Assembly: GCA_019745315.1 (NCBI GenBank)
Contig: JAIETH010000001.1
Span: forward strand, 13,049 to 77,048
Length of the DNA: 64,000 nt
From: Patescibacteria group bacterium
GTDB taxonomy: Bacteria; Patescibacteriota; Minisyncoccia; Phycocordibacterales; UBA918
Direction: 5' to 3'
Position numbers and translations under genes: made by a program. A model generated the notes under the pieces. It worked only from the letters and a program-made list of their open reading frames with translations, searched no databases and was not told the DNA's origin. Within the stretch, counting starts at the first letter, position 1, and every line of letters starts with the position of its first letter. Shown here piece by piece: positions 28,997 through 37,511 of this stretch.

Positions 28997-29282
28997 TCGT
29001 ATGAAATACGAAATAGTGAGGACGAAACGTTTTAAGACAGCATATAAAAGAGTTAGAAATTTGAGAGGTTTTAATAAAGAGATTTTTCTTGAAGTCGTTG
29101 AAACATTGGCATCGGGGGATACGCTCAAAGCAGAGTACCGTGACCATAAGCTCACCGGGAACTTAAAAAATTTTAGAGAGTGCCACTTGGCTTCAGACAT
29201 CTTGCTGATATACCAAATTGATGATGGAATTCTAATTTTGACCTTGGTGAGTATTGGAAATCACGCTCAGCTATTTAAATAA
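28986..29282 (+). CDS. yafQ: YafQ/RelE-family mRNA interferase toxin
   Basis: KDHKLTGNLKNFRECHLASDILLIYQIDDGILILTLVSIGNHAQLF fits YafQ. Overlaps dinJ by 11 nt. Confidence 0.8.
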   Translation: MKSSRMKYEIVRTKRFKTAYKRVRNLRGFNKEIFLEVVETLASGDTLKAEYRDHKLTGNLKNFRECHLASDILLIYQIDDGILILTLVSIGNHAQLFK

Positions 29283-29370
29283 AAAGTTTGAACAGCACCT
29301 CAGGTTGCCAGTTTTTTAGATTTTTCGCTGTCTACACCCACCTGGGTGGCGGAATGAGAAAAGACGTATA

Positions 29371-29910
29371 ATGGGAGCAATGAGTTTTATTTCTCCGGAA
29401 GTCGCCGCAACACACTTTCATTTACGTGTCGGCGATAGAGTCGCTGATTTTGGAGCAGGCAGCGGGCACTTTGTCCGTGCGCTTTCGCGTGCGGTGGGGC
29501 CAGATGGCAAAGTATTTGCTATTGAAATTCAAAAGCAACTCGCGCGTGCGATTGCGGATATGGCAACAAAAGAGAAGTTGTCGAACGTAGAATCTATTTG
29601 GGGAGATCTAGAGGCACTTGGAGGCACCAAATTGCCAGACAAAACGCTCGATCTTGTATTAATTTCAAATACGCTCTCAATGCTTGAAGATAAGCAGACG
29701 CCGCTTAAAGAAGCGCACCGAGTGCTCCGGAAGGGCGGAAAGCTGTGTATTATCGATTGGTCAGATGGGATGGGAGAGATTAAAGTAAACCATAGCCTTC
29801 GCATGAGTGAGTCAGAGATTAAAGATCTTGTTGAGGGACTTGGTTTTGTGTTTGAGAAAGATTTCGGAGGAGGAGCGCACCATTACGGATTAACATTCAG
29901 AGCAACATAG
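29371..29910 (+). CDS. class I SAM-dependent methyltransferase
   Basis: VADFGAGSGHF motif I. Acidic motif II. Confidence 0.65.
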   Translation: MGAMSFISPEVAATHFHLRVGDRVADFGAGSGHFVRALSRAVGPDGKVFAIEIQKQLARAIADMATKEKLSNVESIWGDLEALGGTKLPDKTLDLVLISNTLSMLEDKQTPLKEAHRVLRKGGKLCIIDWSDGMGEIKVNHSLRMSESEIKDLVEGLGFVFEKDFGGGAHHYGLTFRAT

Positions 29911-29911
29911 T

Positions 29912-31210
29912 ATGGGGGACATGCGACCATTTCAGATTATATTAATAGCAACATTTTTGTTGCTTGGTCTCGTTGGTATTGCTTTTTTCGCACTCTATTC
30001 TGGAGTTTCCAAAGACGAGAATCCGTATGGTGCCCAAGTAGTCATATGGGGAACTCTTGATGATGAGCCACTTATTACTGCTCTTGCGATGCTTCGAGAG
30101 AATGATAAAAATGCAAGTGTCATAAGTTATGTACAAAAAGATGCTCGCACATTTGAAACAGAACTTGTGAATGCGCTTGCGGAAAGTCGTGGGCCTGACC
30201 TCATTATTCTTCCGCACGACCTGCTTATTTCATACCGTGCAAAAATAGCCCCGCTCACATTTGACGCGTATCCTGTTCGCACCTTTAAGGATTCCTATAT
30301 AGATGGGGCGGAGATATTTATGTTGAAAGACGGCATCTACGCACTTCCTATTGCTGTCGATCCACTGTTGATGTATTGGAATAAAGATATTTTTTCTACA
30401 AAAGGATTGGCAACTCCTCCGGCGACATGGGAAGAGATGGTTAATGTGACGGTGCCACGTATTGTTGAGAGAGATTTCTCATACAATGTAACCCGCGCTG
30501 CTCTTGCCTTTGGACAGTATGTAAATGTGCGCAATGCAAAAAATATTCTATCGCTCCTCTTTATGCAGGCAGGCAGCGTTATGGCAGTAGATAGCGAAGA
30601 GAGGCTTTTTGTAGAGCTTGATAGAAGTGCCACTATGCAAGGACTTCCTCCTGCACAAGCTGGCCTTACATTCTTCACGCAATTTTCAAATCCTGTCAGT
30701 CAAACATATACATGGAATCGTGCGCTCCCAGAAGATAGGAATGAATTTTTGGCAGGAGACTTAGCGCTCTATTTCGGACTTGCAAGCGAGGTCAATGAAA
30801 TACGAAATGGTAACCCAAACCTTAACTTCGATGCTGCTGAGGTACCGCAAGGAAAAGGGGTTGCAAAGCGACAAGGATACGGAATATTCTACGGAATGGC
30901 TCGTATTAAAAATTCTGAAAATCCAGTCGGCGCTACAAATGCGCTCTATGCACTCGTATCACAAGCGCAATCAGAAAAGTATGCAGATGATTTTGGTTTT
31001 GGAAATGTGTATCGTGCGTCACATCAGAGTATTCCGAGCGACCCGTTTCTTGCTGTTGTTGAGCGTGCGTCACTTATTGTGCGCGGATGGCTTGACCCAA
31101 GTCCTGCGAAAAGCGACAATGCATTCAAGCAAATGGTTGACGATGTCGTATCAGGACGGTTGGATGTATCAAATGCAGTTAAAGATGCGGAGGGTCGCCT
31201 GATGCAGTAA
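29912..31210 (+). CDS. extracellular solute-binding protein-like (ABC-type SBP family 1-like), orphan
   Basis: N-terminal anchor. Size and composition fit a family-1 SBP. No cognate permease or ATPase nearby. Confidence 0.45.
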   Translation: MGDMRPFQIILIATFLLLGLVGIAFFALYSGVSKDENPYGAQVVIWGTLDDEPLITALAMLRENDKNASVISYVQKDARTFETELVNALAESRGPDLIILPHDLLISYRAKIAPLTFDAYPVRTFKDSYIDGAEIFMLKDGIYALPIAVDPLLMYWNKDIFSTKGLATPPATWEEMVNVTVPRIVERDFSYNVTRAALAFGQYVNVRNAKNILSLLFMQAGSVMAVDSEERLFVELDRSATMQGLPPAQAGLTFFTQFSNPVSQTYTWNRALPEDRNEFLAGDLALYFGLASEVNEIRNGNPNLNFDAAEVPQGKGVAKRQGYGIFYGMARIKNSENPVGATNALYALVSQAQSEKYADDFGFGNVYRASHQSIPSDPFLAVVERASLIVRGWLDPSPAKSDNAFKQMVDDVVSGRLDVSNAVKDAEGRLMQ

Positions 31211-31219
31211 TTTTATTTT

Positions 31220-31666
31220 ATGAATTCTTTTCTTAAATATCTAATACCAACTGTATTCGCTTTCTTCTTCATTGTTACGCCACTTTTGACTGTATACGCA
31301 ACAACTACACCCGGAGGCGGAAGTGTGACTCCTCAGGGTGGAAGCGTTACGCCCCAGGGAGGATCAGTAACACCTGGGGGGGGGAGCGTGACTCGCGGCA
31401 ATACTCAAATTCTCAACCCTCTCGGCAGTAGTGATATAACGCAATTTTTTCTTAAAATAATGCAGATTCTTATACTTTTCGCAGTACCTATTATTGTATT
31501 CTTCATTATTCTTTCAGGATTTAAGTACGTGATGGCTCGTGGAAACGCTGCGCAGATAGAAACGGCGACACGGTCTCTTACCTGGGCAGTTATTGGAGGT
31601 GTGCTTATTTTGGGAGCAGAGATTATTCTTCAGGTTATTCAAGGAACTGTAGCGGCGCTCAGATAA
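31220..31666 (+). CDS. VirB2/TrbC-like small membrane protein with an N-terminal GG(S)VTPQ tandem repeat
   Basis: Signal/TM helix. Four GGGSVTPQ repeats. C-terminal helix-loop-helix shared with the four downstream paralogs. Confidence 0.5.
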   Translation: MNSFLKYLIPTVFAFFFIVTPLLTVYATTTPGGGSVTPQGGSVTPQGGSVTPGGGSVTRGNTQILNPLGSSDITQFFLKIMQILILFAVPIIVFFIILSGFKYVMARGNAAQIETATRSLTWAVIGGVLILGAEIILQVIQGTVAALR

Positions 31667-31667
31667 T

Positions 31668-31979
31668 ATGCAGTATACAATTCTTTTCTTCCTACTCCTT
31701 ACAATGCCGATGGTGGTGTATGGAGCGACTCCTCGAAACTTTGCTGAAGTGGTGACCTTTATTTTGGGATACGTACGACTGCTCATAGCCCTTCTGTTCG
31801 GAGTAACATTTGTAGTTTTTATATGGGGACTTACAAAAGCATGGATCCTCAATGGTGATAGTCCTGAGAGTATTGAAAAAGGTCAACAGATGGCACTCTG
31901 GGGAATTATAGGACTTGCTGTTATGGCAAGTATGTGGGGGATAATATCTCTTATCAGAAGTTCTGCAGGGTTGCAGTGA
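31668..31979 (+). CDS. VirB2/TrbC-like small membrane protein (paralog)
   Basis: Conserved block FVVFIWGLTKAW...GQQMALWGIIGLAVMASMWGIISLI. Confidence 0.5.
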   Translation: MQYTILFFLLLTMPMVVYGATPRNFAEVVTFILGYVRLLIALLFGVTFVVFIWGLTKAWILNGDSPESIEKGQQMALWGIIGLAVMASMWGIISLIRSSAGLQ

Positions 31980-32074
31980 TGTGGATCTCTATCGGTATTT
32001 TCTATACACAGAGGGATTCTACAAATACTGCTTTCTTGGTAGAATGGGAGTAACGTTATTCATTAAAAGACAGT

Positions 32075-32452
32075 ATGTTAAAGAAATTTCTATTTGTAAG
32101 TGTGTTATTTTTGTTTCCAATGGCCTTTGTTGCAGCGCAATATGGTCCACAAGCTGATTACGGTGCGATAGGGCGTGTTATCACAAACACCCTTACCTTT
32201 ATCAACAGAATTCTTGTTCCGGCAGTATTTGCGATTGCTTTTCTTGTATTCATCTGGGGAGTGTTCAAATACTTCATCATGGGAGGAGCAAGTGAAGGAG
32301 ATCAGGAGGCTGGTAAGCAGTTGATGATCTACGGAATTATTGGTTTCGTACTTATGGTTTCTGTATGGGGATTGGTAAACGTTGTGGCAAGTGGTCTTGG
32401 ATTTAAACAAGACAGTATCCAGGATATTCCGTCTGTACCTATCACACGTTAG
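32075..32452 (+). CDS. VirB2/TrbC-like small membrane protein (paralog)
   Basis: FAIAFLVFIWGVFKYFIMGGASEGDQEAGKQLMIYGIIGFVLMVSVWGLVNVV. Confidence 0.5.
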   Translation: MLKKFLFVSVLFLFPMAFVAAQYGPQADYGAIGRVITNTLTFINRILVPAVFAIAFLVFIWGVFKYFIMGGASEGDQEAGKQLMIYGIIGFVLMVSVWGLVNVVASGLGFKQDSIQDIPSVPITR

Positions 32453-32467
32453 TAGCGATATATACTC

Positions 32468-32920
32468 GTGATGAAATATATATCTTCAACATGCGCGAGT
32501 CTCGCCATTCTGCTTCTGCCAATGTTTTCTCTCGCACAGAGTGGTCCTCAAAAAGGCTTTGGGGGTATTGGAAAAATAGTTGAGGTTACACTTAACTTCA
32601 TCAACTTTTATCTAATCCCAGCAGTATTTGCAATCGCATTTATCGTATTCATATGGGGTATTTTCAAATACTTCATCATGGGAGGAGCAAATGAAGGGGA
32701 TCAAGAAAAAGGGAAGCAGTTGGCAATGTGGGGAATTCTCGGTTTTGTCATCATTGTATCTGTATGGGGATTGGTGAATGTTATTGCTGACGGACTCGGA
32801 TTTAGTGGAAGCAATGCGCCTCCGTTGCCTAAGATACAAGGCATAGGCGGCAGTGCTTCTGCAGGTAGTGGTAACACTGGTGCTACCACTAACTTAACTC
32901 CTGGAGGAATGGGCTACTAA
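32468..32920 (+). CDS. VirB2/TrbC-like small membrane protein (paralog) with Gly-rich tail
   Basis: Near-identical core to 32075-32452 (GGANEGDQEKGKQLAMWGILGFVIIVSVWGLVNVI). Confidence 0.5.
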   Translation: MMKYISSTCASLAILLLPMFSLAQSGPQKGFGGIGKIVEVTLNFINFYLIPAVFAIAFIVFIWGIFKYFIMGGANEGDQEKGKQLAMWGILGFVIIVSVWGLVNVIADGLGFSGSNAPPLPKIQGIGGSASAGSGNTGATTNLTPGGMGY

Positions 32921-32925
32921 TTACT

Positions 32926-33210
32926 ATGATTGCATTTGCAAATGGAGCAGAACTTACCTACGCTCGAACTCTTCTTCAGAAGATAGAAAGCGCAATTCTT
33001 TTTCCGCTCATCACCTTAATGATGGGGGTTGCGGTACTTGTATTCTTGTACGGGATGTATGAAATGATTCAAGGGGCAGAGAGTGGAGAGGCTCGGGAGA
33101 ATGGACGGAAACACATTCTCTTTGGAGTGATAGGATTTGTCGTTATGCTATCTGCTCTCGCAATTCTACGCATTGCCGCGAATACTGTTGGAGTGACCGT
33201 GCCAAACTAG
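32926..33210 (+). CDS. VirB2/TrbC-like small membrane protein (divergent paralog)
   Basis: Same two-helix architecture (MMGVAVLVFLYGMYEMIQGAESGEARENGRKHILFGVIGFVVMLSA). Confidence 0.45.
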   Translation: MIAFANGAELTYARTLLQKIESAILFPLITLMMGVAVLVFLYGMYEMIQGAESGEARENGRKHILFGVIGFVVMLSALAILRIAANTVGVTVPN

Positions 33211-33291
33211 TTTTTAAAAAACGCAGAAAAAGAAAAAGCCCCGCACGCGAGTGTGGGGCTTGTGCGTCGCAAGGACGCTGGATCATGCTTC

Positions 33292-33810
33292 CTAGAAGCA
33301 TGATCCGTTTTGGTTGGGTCTCCGCCCCCTGCTGGCGAAGACCTGGACATCTTCTCCTGGCTGATTCCGTTTGAATCTCACGGAGTAGTCAGGACGACCA
33401 GAGATCGGAGGAGCCCAGGAGCCATCGGGGCCGAGTGTCTCCACTCGAACTCGTGGATCGAGGCTCCATGTCAGACATGTTCCGGGGATTCCCGAGATTT
33501 CCCTCGACCAGCGGTCGAAGGATGCCATCAGAGGAATTCGTTCCCCTGTTTCTGCCGGCTGCACTGCCTGCGGAGATGTTGCTCCGGGCGTTGCCGTTTG
33601 CGGGGTTGACGGGGGTGAGGTTCTGCTGAGTGCGAATACGAGAACGCCCACCACCATCAGCACCAGTGCCAGCATGATGCCGACCATCAACCACTTGTTA
33701 ACACCTCTCTTCTTGGGAGTGGTCGCCACAGGTGGATGGTGTGCCTCTGGAGCATGTGCTGCTGCAGGGGCGGATGGAGCAGGTATTGGTGCTGCGACCG
33801 GATCAGCCAT
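33292..33810 (-). CDS. Pro/Ala-rich membrane-anchored protein on a GC-rich island
   Basis: PAPSAPAAAHAPEAHHPP low-complexity N-terminus and one TM helix. GC-rich relative to flanks. Confidence 0.35.
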   Translation of the reverse strand: MADPVAAPIPAPSAPAAAHAPEAHHPPVATTPKKRGVNKWLMVGIMLALVLMVVGVLVFALSRTSPPSTPQTATPGATSPQAVQPAETGERIPLMASFDRWSREISGIPGTCLTWSLDPRVRVETLGPDGSWAPPISGRPDYSVRFKRNQPGEDVQVFASRGRRPNQNGSCF

Positions 33811-34007
33811 TTTGGATTCTCCTAGCTGTTGATGTACAAGGTGGCGGCGATGATCGACGCCCCCAGTCCGTAGGATATGAGTTTGGCGATCCTGAAGATC
33901 GCCTGCGATTCCTGGACGATCTTGGGGTCCTTGGCTCTCGAAGAGCCGCTGGTCCTTGAGGGTGCAGGGGAGGGTGCGTGTGCCAAGGTTCTATTCCTTT
34001 TCTTGGG

Positions 34008-34985
34008 TTAGCGCTTGCCCAGGCTTGCTAGCACAGCGGCCAGTGCCTGATGAGCGTTGCCTTCTACTTCGAATATTGTTTTGCTCACGACGCCATACTG
34101 AAGTAGGGCGGCGTTTGCCGCATCCTTCGGAGCGATGCCGGCGGCAGCAAGCTTGGCTGCTGTGGCATCGATCAGGGCGGAACGCGCGCTATTCGAAAGC
34201 GCCGTTTGATACTGCGCTTCGTAGTCCGCGTCAGCTACCACGGCTTCGATAAAGTCGATACCGTAGAGACTTTCGTAGGTGAGCGGCAATCCTCGGCTGG
34301 CGATGGATCGCGCTTCCTGCGAATTCGCGGCAATCGCATTGAAGGTCTCGAATCTGTTTCTGAGACCGCGATTGAGTTCGTCGAGTGCTCCGCGTGCATC
34401 TTGCGCATCTCGATGAGATATCGCCTCCGAGAGATAGCCGCTGCCAATGGCAACGAGCCCTTCTCGGATGATGCTGTCGTCTGCGGCGATGTACCGAGGC
34501 AATAATTTGGGGTCAGCTCGGTACATGTATACTTGCTTTGTCTTGATCGCGGGACCATTTTTTGCAGCGAAGTCCTCCTCCTCTTCCACTGCAACCGCTC
34601 GGAGATTGATGTAATTTCCGAGCTTTCTTTGTTTATAGGGTGCGCAGAAAGACAGGCCCGTTTCATAAACTTCCATATTTGCGTACGGGTCGTCGTCCGT
34701 AGGTTTCCCCAAAACATTGATGGTTATCAGTCCACAATACTCGGGTACTGAAACCATGAACCAGGGAAGGGTGCTGCCGACACAGACAATCCATGCCGAA
34801 ACAGCAAATGGGACTCCCCAATTCACCGGAGCGAGAAGGGATCCCACGAAGACAAAGAAGCAAAAGGAAACGACCCATGCTACCACAGCGATGAGCATAT
34901 CAATCTCCAGACTTGCCTCTTCTGCGAGGTATGTCAGACCTTGGTTCTGTGCCATTTCGGGCTCCTCTGGGTTTTGTCCTGTCAA
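34008..34985 (-). CDS. SPFH/band-7-like membrane protein
   Basis: N-terminal TM helices followed by a domain with stomatin/prohibitin-like composition. GC-rich relative to the host. Confidence 0.45.
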   Translation of the reverse strand: MTGQNPEEPEMAQNQGLTYLAEEASLEIDMLIAVVAWVVSFCFFVFVGSLLAPVNWGVPFAVSAWIVCVGSTLPWFMVSVPEYCGLITINVLGKPTDDDPYANMEVYETGLSFCAPYKQRKLGNYINLRAVAVEEEEDFAAKNGPAIKTKQVYMYRADPKLLPRYIAADDSIIREGLVAIGSGYLSEAISHRDAQDARGALDELNRGLRNRFETFNAIAANSQEARSIASRGLPLTYESLYGIDFIEAVVADADYEAQYQTALSNSARSALIDATAAKLAAAGIAPKDAANAALLQYGVVSKTIFEVEGNAHQALAAVLASLGKR

Positions 34986-35318
34986 AGGACTGTTGGGTTG
35001 AGGTGCTTCCGCGATGCGGCCACCAGTGGATACATTATATCACTATATATATAAATGTCAAGTTTTGTGTGGCTAAAATAGGGCTCTAATGAAGGGGGTT
35101 TGGGGGAGGAGAGAGGGTTTGGTCACAGATAAATTTCTTAGGACTTAGTCACATATAATTATAAAAACTTTTGTGGTCACGAGTCACTAACTTTTTTGCT
35201 CCAAGTTTTCGCAAAAAACTAAGTGCTCCCGACCCCAGCACGCAGTTGCTGAAGCAACATTGCTGCGCTTCCCACAAAAGCACAAAACCTGCCGCAGGGC
35301 AGGTCTTTGTGTCTTTTG

Positions 35319-35399
35319 TGGGCGAGAGAGGACTTGAACCTCCATGGGTTGCCCCGCGTGCTCCTAAGGCACGTGCGTATACCATTTCGCCACTCGCCC
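35319..35399 (-). tRNA. tRNA-Leu (anticodon TAG)
   Basis: Cloverleaf GGGCGAG...CGTGC-CTTAGGA-GCACG...long variable arm...GGTTCAAGTCC...CTCGCCC-A. No encoded CCA. Confidence 0.85.
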
Positions 35400-35592
35400 A
35401 ATTACGTCACCGAATAGTGTACCAGAAAATTTTAGAATGTGCTTGCTTGTCATCACGACTCGCTAAGTCTTTTTGTTCATTTTATTCCAAAAAGTCTAAG
35501 CGGTCGCGATCCCACCTCGCTGTCGCCAAGGCGACATGGCTGCGGTCTGGACTAAAAGCAAAAATAGCACGCAGGTGCTATTTTTGCTTTTA

Positions 35593-35665
35593 GTCCACCC
35601 GGAAGGGCTCGAACCTTCGACAATCTCCTTAAGAGGGAGCTACTCTACCAACTGAGTTACGGGTG
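35593..35665 (-). tRNA. tRNA-Lys (anticodon CTT) with C1-G72 acceptor pair
   Basis: CCACCCG-TA-ACTCAGTTGGTAGAGT-A-GCTCC-CTCTTAA-GGAGA...GAAGGTTCGAGCCCTTC-CGGGTGG-A. The anticodon stem has one G.A mismatch. Confidence 0.65.
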
Positions 35666-35871
35666 GAAATGAGAACCGAAATGAATGCTAGCATTCATTT
35701 CGTTCGAATGCACCACCCGTATAATTTTTATACGGGTGGATTATGATCTTTGTATACTTTTCGCATGGGTATGCGATCAGATGGCTTTCATCCTACAGTA
35801 AAAGAGGCTAATGCTCAATATCTGTTCTGGTGTTACTATATTTGTATTATTGTTAGGATAACAAAAAGTCT

Positions 35872-36150
35872 ATGGCAGTATCAGAACGAGAGTTGGAAAC
35901 AATTCAAAGAGAGATGGAGAGAGATTCGCGAGAATTAGAAGATCGACGCAGAAAAATGACAGATCTGGAACGGGAGGCTGCGCGTAAAAAAACAGAGCTC
36001 GATCGACTTATGGAGCAAATAAAAGATTTGACTTCTCAGGTACAAAAATCTGAAAAGACCATGACCACGAATGAGTCGAAGCTTGAAGAGATGCGACGCG
36101 AATTAGAGAGAACCCTTGCTGCCGCAAAAAACGGATCAACACGAAGGTAG
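35872..36150 (+). CDS. small coiled-coil protein
   Basis: Charged heptad-rich 92-aa ORF followed by a terminator. Confidence 0.35.
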   Translation: MAVSERELETIQREMERDSRELEDRRRKMTDLEREAARKKTELDRLMEQIKDLTSQVQKSEKTMTTNESKLEEMRRELERTLAAAKNGSTRR

Positions 36151-36159
36151 GGATGACAA

Positions 36160-36194
36160 AAATAAAACACCTCAAGTAAGGTGTTTTATTTTCG
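36160..36194 (+). terminator. rho-independent terminator
   Basis: aaaacacc-tcaagtaa-ggtgtttt followed by a T-run. Confidence 0.55.
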
Positions 36195-36196
36195 TT

Positions 36197-36219
36197 TGGT
36201 GCCCAGGGCGGGGATCGAA
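36197..36219 (-). repeat. duplicated 3'-terminal fragment of tRNA-Leu(TAA) (23 nt, with CCA)
   Basis: The minus-strand sequence ttcgatccccgccctgggcacca equals the T-loop-to-3'-end of the full tRNA at 36337-36420. The 5' half is absent. Confidence 0.6.
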
Positions 36220-36336
36220 ACTTACAGTTTCAGTACACCTTGTGGCTACTTTTTCTTTAAAAAAGATAGCTCGCAAGGTTTTCGATCCCCTCAGACCAAA
36301 AAGAAAAAACACCAACAAAGGTGTCTCTCTTTTCGG

Positions 36337-36420
36337 TGCCCAGGGCGGGGATCGAACCCGCACAGCCTTACGGCTACGAAATTTTAAGTCTCGCGTGGCT
36401 ACCAGTTACACCACCCGGGC
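36337..36420 (-). tRNA. tRNA-Leu (anticodon TAA)
   Basis: GCCCGGG-TG-GTG...CGAGA-CTTAAAA-TTTCG, long variable arm, GCGGGTTCGATCCCCGC, CCTGGGC-A. The 3' end is ...CCG, not CCA. Confidence 0.85.
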
Positions 36421-36467
36421 GACGAGGCTATAATAGCAGATTCTAAGGTACAAATTCCACTCTGGTT

Positions 36468-36962
36468 TTACATGTAGTTCAGTTCAAGTTTGTATCGCTT
36501 TTGATTTCGTCCCCGATGTGTCGATTGCAAGCTGTGACAGTTAGGGCAAAGAATACGCAAGTTTTCGATACGGTTATCCGTGTTAATACCGTTTATGTGA
36601 TCAAGCTCAAGTGGTATGCGTCCGTCTTTTGAGATTTCTTTCCATCCACATATTTCACAGAGTGGTTTCTTAAGTTGAGCTAAAAAAAGTCTTTTTTTAA
36701 GTTTATAACTTTGAAAGTTACTATTTTTTACTAAAATATCAGAAAGTGCTACGCGAACTTTTCCAATACCTCTCATTCCCTTACTCCAGCCTCGTCCGGT
36801 GAAATGGTCGGTACGAATATTATATTCATTAAAATATTTCTTTATCTGCGCATAATTACCACCAGCTTCTCTGAGACCTAATAGCACAAGAGCTTGACGA
36901 ACGCTTGTGGCGTTTTGTGCGGCATTGCGTAAGTCATTAACTGTCCATTTTCTTTTCCCCAT
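36468..36962 (-). CDS. HNH endonuclease
   Basis: CEICGW...LELDHINGINTDNRIENLRILCPNCHSLQ is a full HNH zinc-finger motif. Confidence 0.75.
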   Translation of the reverse strand: MGKRKWTVNDLRNAAQNATSVRQALVLLGLREAGGNYAQIKKYFNEYNIRTDHFTGRGWSKGMRGIGKVRVALSDILVKNSNFQSYKLKKRLFLAQLKKPLCEICGWKEISKDGRIPLELDHINGINTDNRIENLRILCPNCHSLQSTHRGRNQKRYKLELNYM

Positions 36963-37035
36963 AAATTATAATGGTTGAGATATAATGAGTCTTGTCTTAT
37001 TAGTCTACCATATTAAATAATTCCGGTTACATATT

Positions 37036-37070
37036 AAAAACGTCATCATTGTTTAGATGATGACGTTTTT
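37036..37070. terminator. perfect 14-bp-stem hairpin downstream of tRNA-Cys
   Basis: aaaaacgtcatcat-tgtttag-atgatgacgttttt. Confidence 0.6.
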
Positions 37071-37075
37071 AATAG

Positions 37076-37148
37076 AGGCTTGGGCGGGAATCGAACCCGC
37101 GAGTGTCGGTTTTGCAAACCGAAGTGTTAACCATTTCACCACCAAGCC
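37076..37148 (-). tRNA. tRNA-Cys (anticodon GCA)
   Basis: GGCTTGG...TCGGT-TTGCAAA-ACCGA...GCGGGTTCGATTCCCGC-CCAAGCC-T (U73 discriminator, typical of Cys). Confidence 0.88.
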
Positions 37149-37161
37149 TTTTTCTTTTTGT

Positions 37162-37509
37162 TTACTCAGCAGCGGGGGTTGGCTTGATATCAAGAGAATC
37201 AAGATGGAGGCGATTTTTCTCTCCGTAATCAATCTCAAAATCAAAGAAAGGAATAATCTTAAGATTACCTTTCTGTTTTACATACCCACGAAACTCGCTG
37301 CCTTTGCGTTTAAGAAAGTGAAGTGCATGTTCTTCATCTTTCTCTGGATATACTGTAACAAAGATTTTTGCGTGACCCAAGTCTGAAGTAATGCGCGCTC
37401 CTGTCACCGTAATAAGTGGAGGAGTATTTGCCTCGTTACGAATAAAAGCCGCCGCAAGTTCACGGAAGAGGGAGGTAAGTCGTTCGTTGCGATCAAAGCC
37501 GTAGGTCAT
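37162..37509 (-). CDS. rbfA: ribosome-binding factor A
   Basis: RbfA KH-like fold motifs (ITVTGARITSDLGHAKIFVTV). Canonical position downstream of infB. Confidence 0.8.
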   Translation of the reverse strand: MTYGFDRNERLTSLFRELAAAFIRNEANTPPLITVTGARITSDLGHAKIFVTVYPEKDEEHALHFLKRKGSEFRGYVKQKGNLKIIPFFDFEIDYGEKNRLHLDSLDIKPTPAAE

Positions 37510-37511
37510 AA

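Noticed and set aside
31308-31395. Short tandem DNA repeats considered as a CRISPR-like or VNTR array
   Set aside because: The units are in-frame, contiguous and lack spacers. They encode the GGSVTPQ peptide repeat of the 31220-31666 protein.
33310-34252. Overlapping ORFs in the GC-rich island (33310-33609+, 33389-33694-, 33435-33629+, 33732-33959+, 33956-34252+, 34206-34878 various)
   Set aside because: They are high-GC frame artefacts overlapping the two more protein-like minus-strand genes.
36191-36300. Possible second tRNA gene (or intron-containing tRNA) upstream of tRNA-Leu(TAA)
   Set aside because: Only the T-loop/acceptor 3' half is present. No D-arm or anticodon arm can be formed, so it is annotated as a duplicated fragment.
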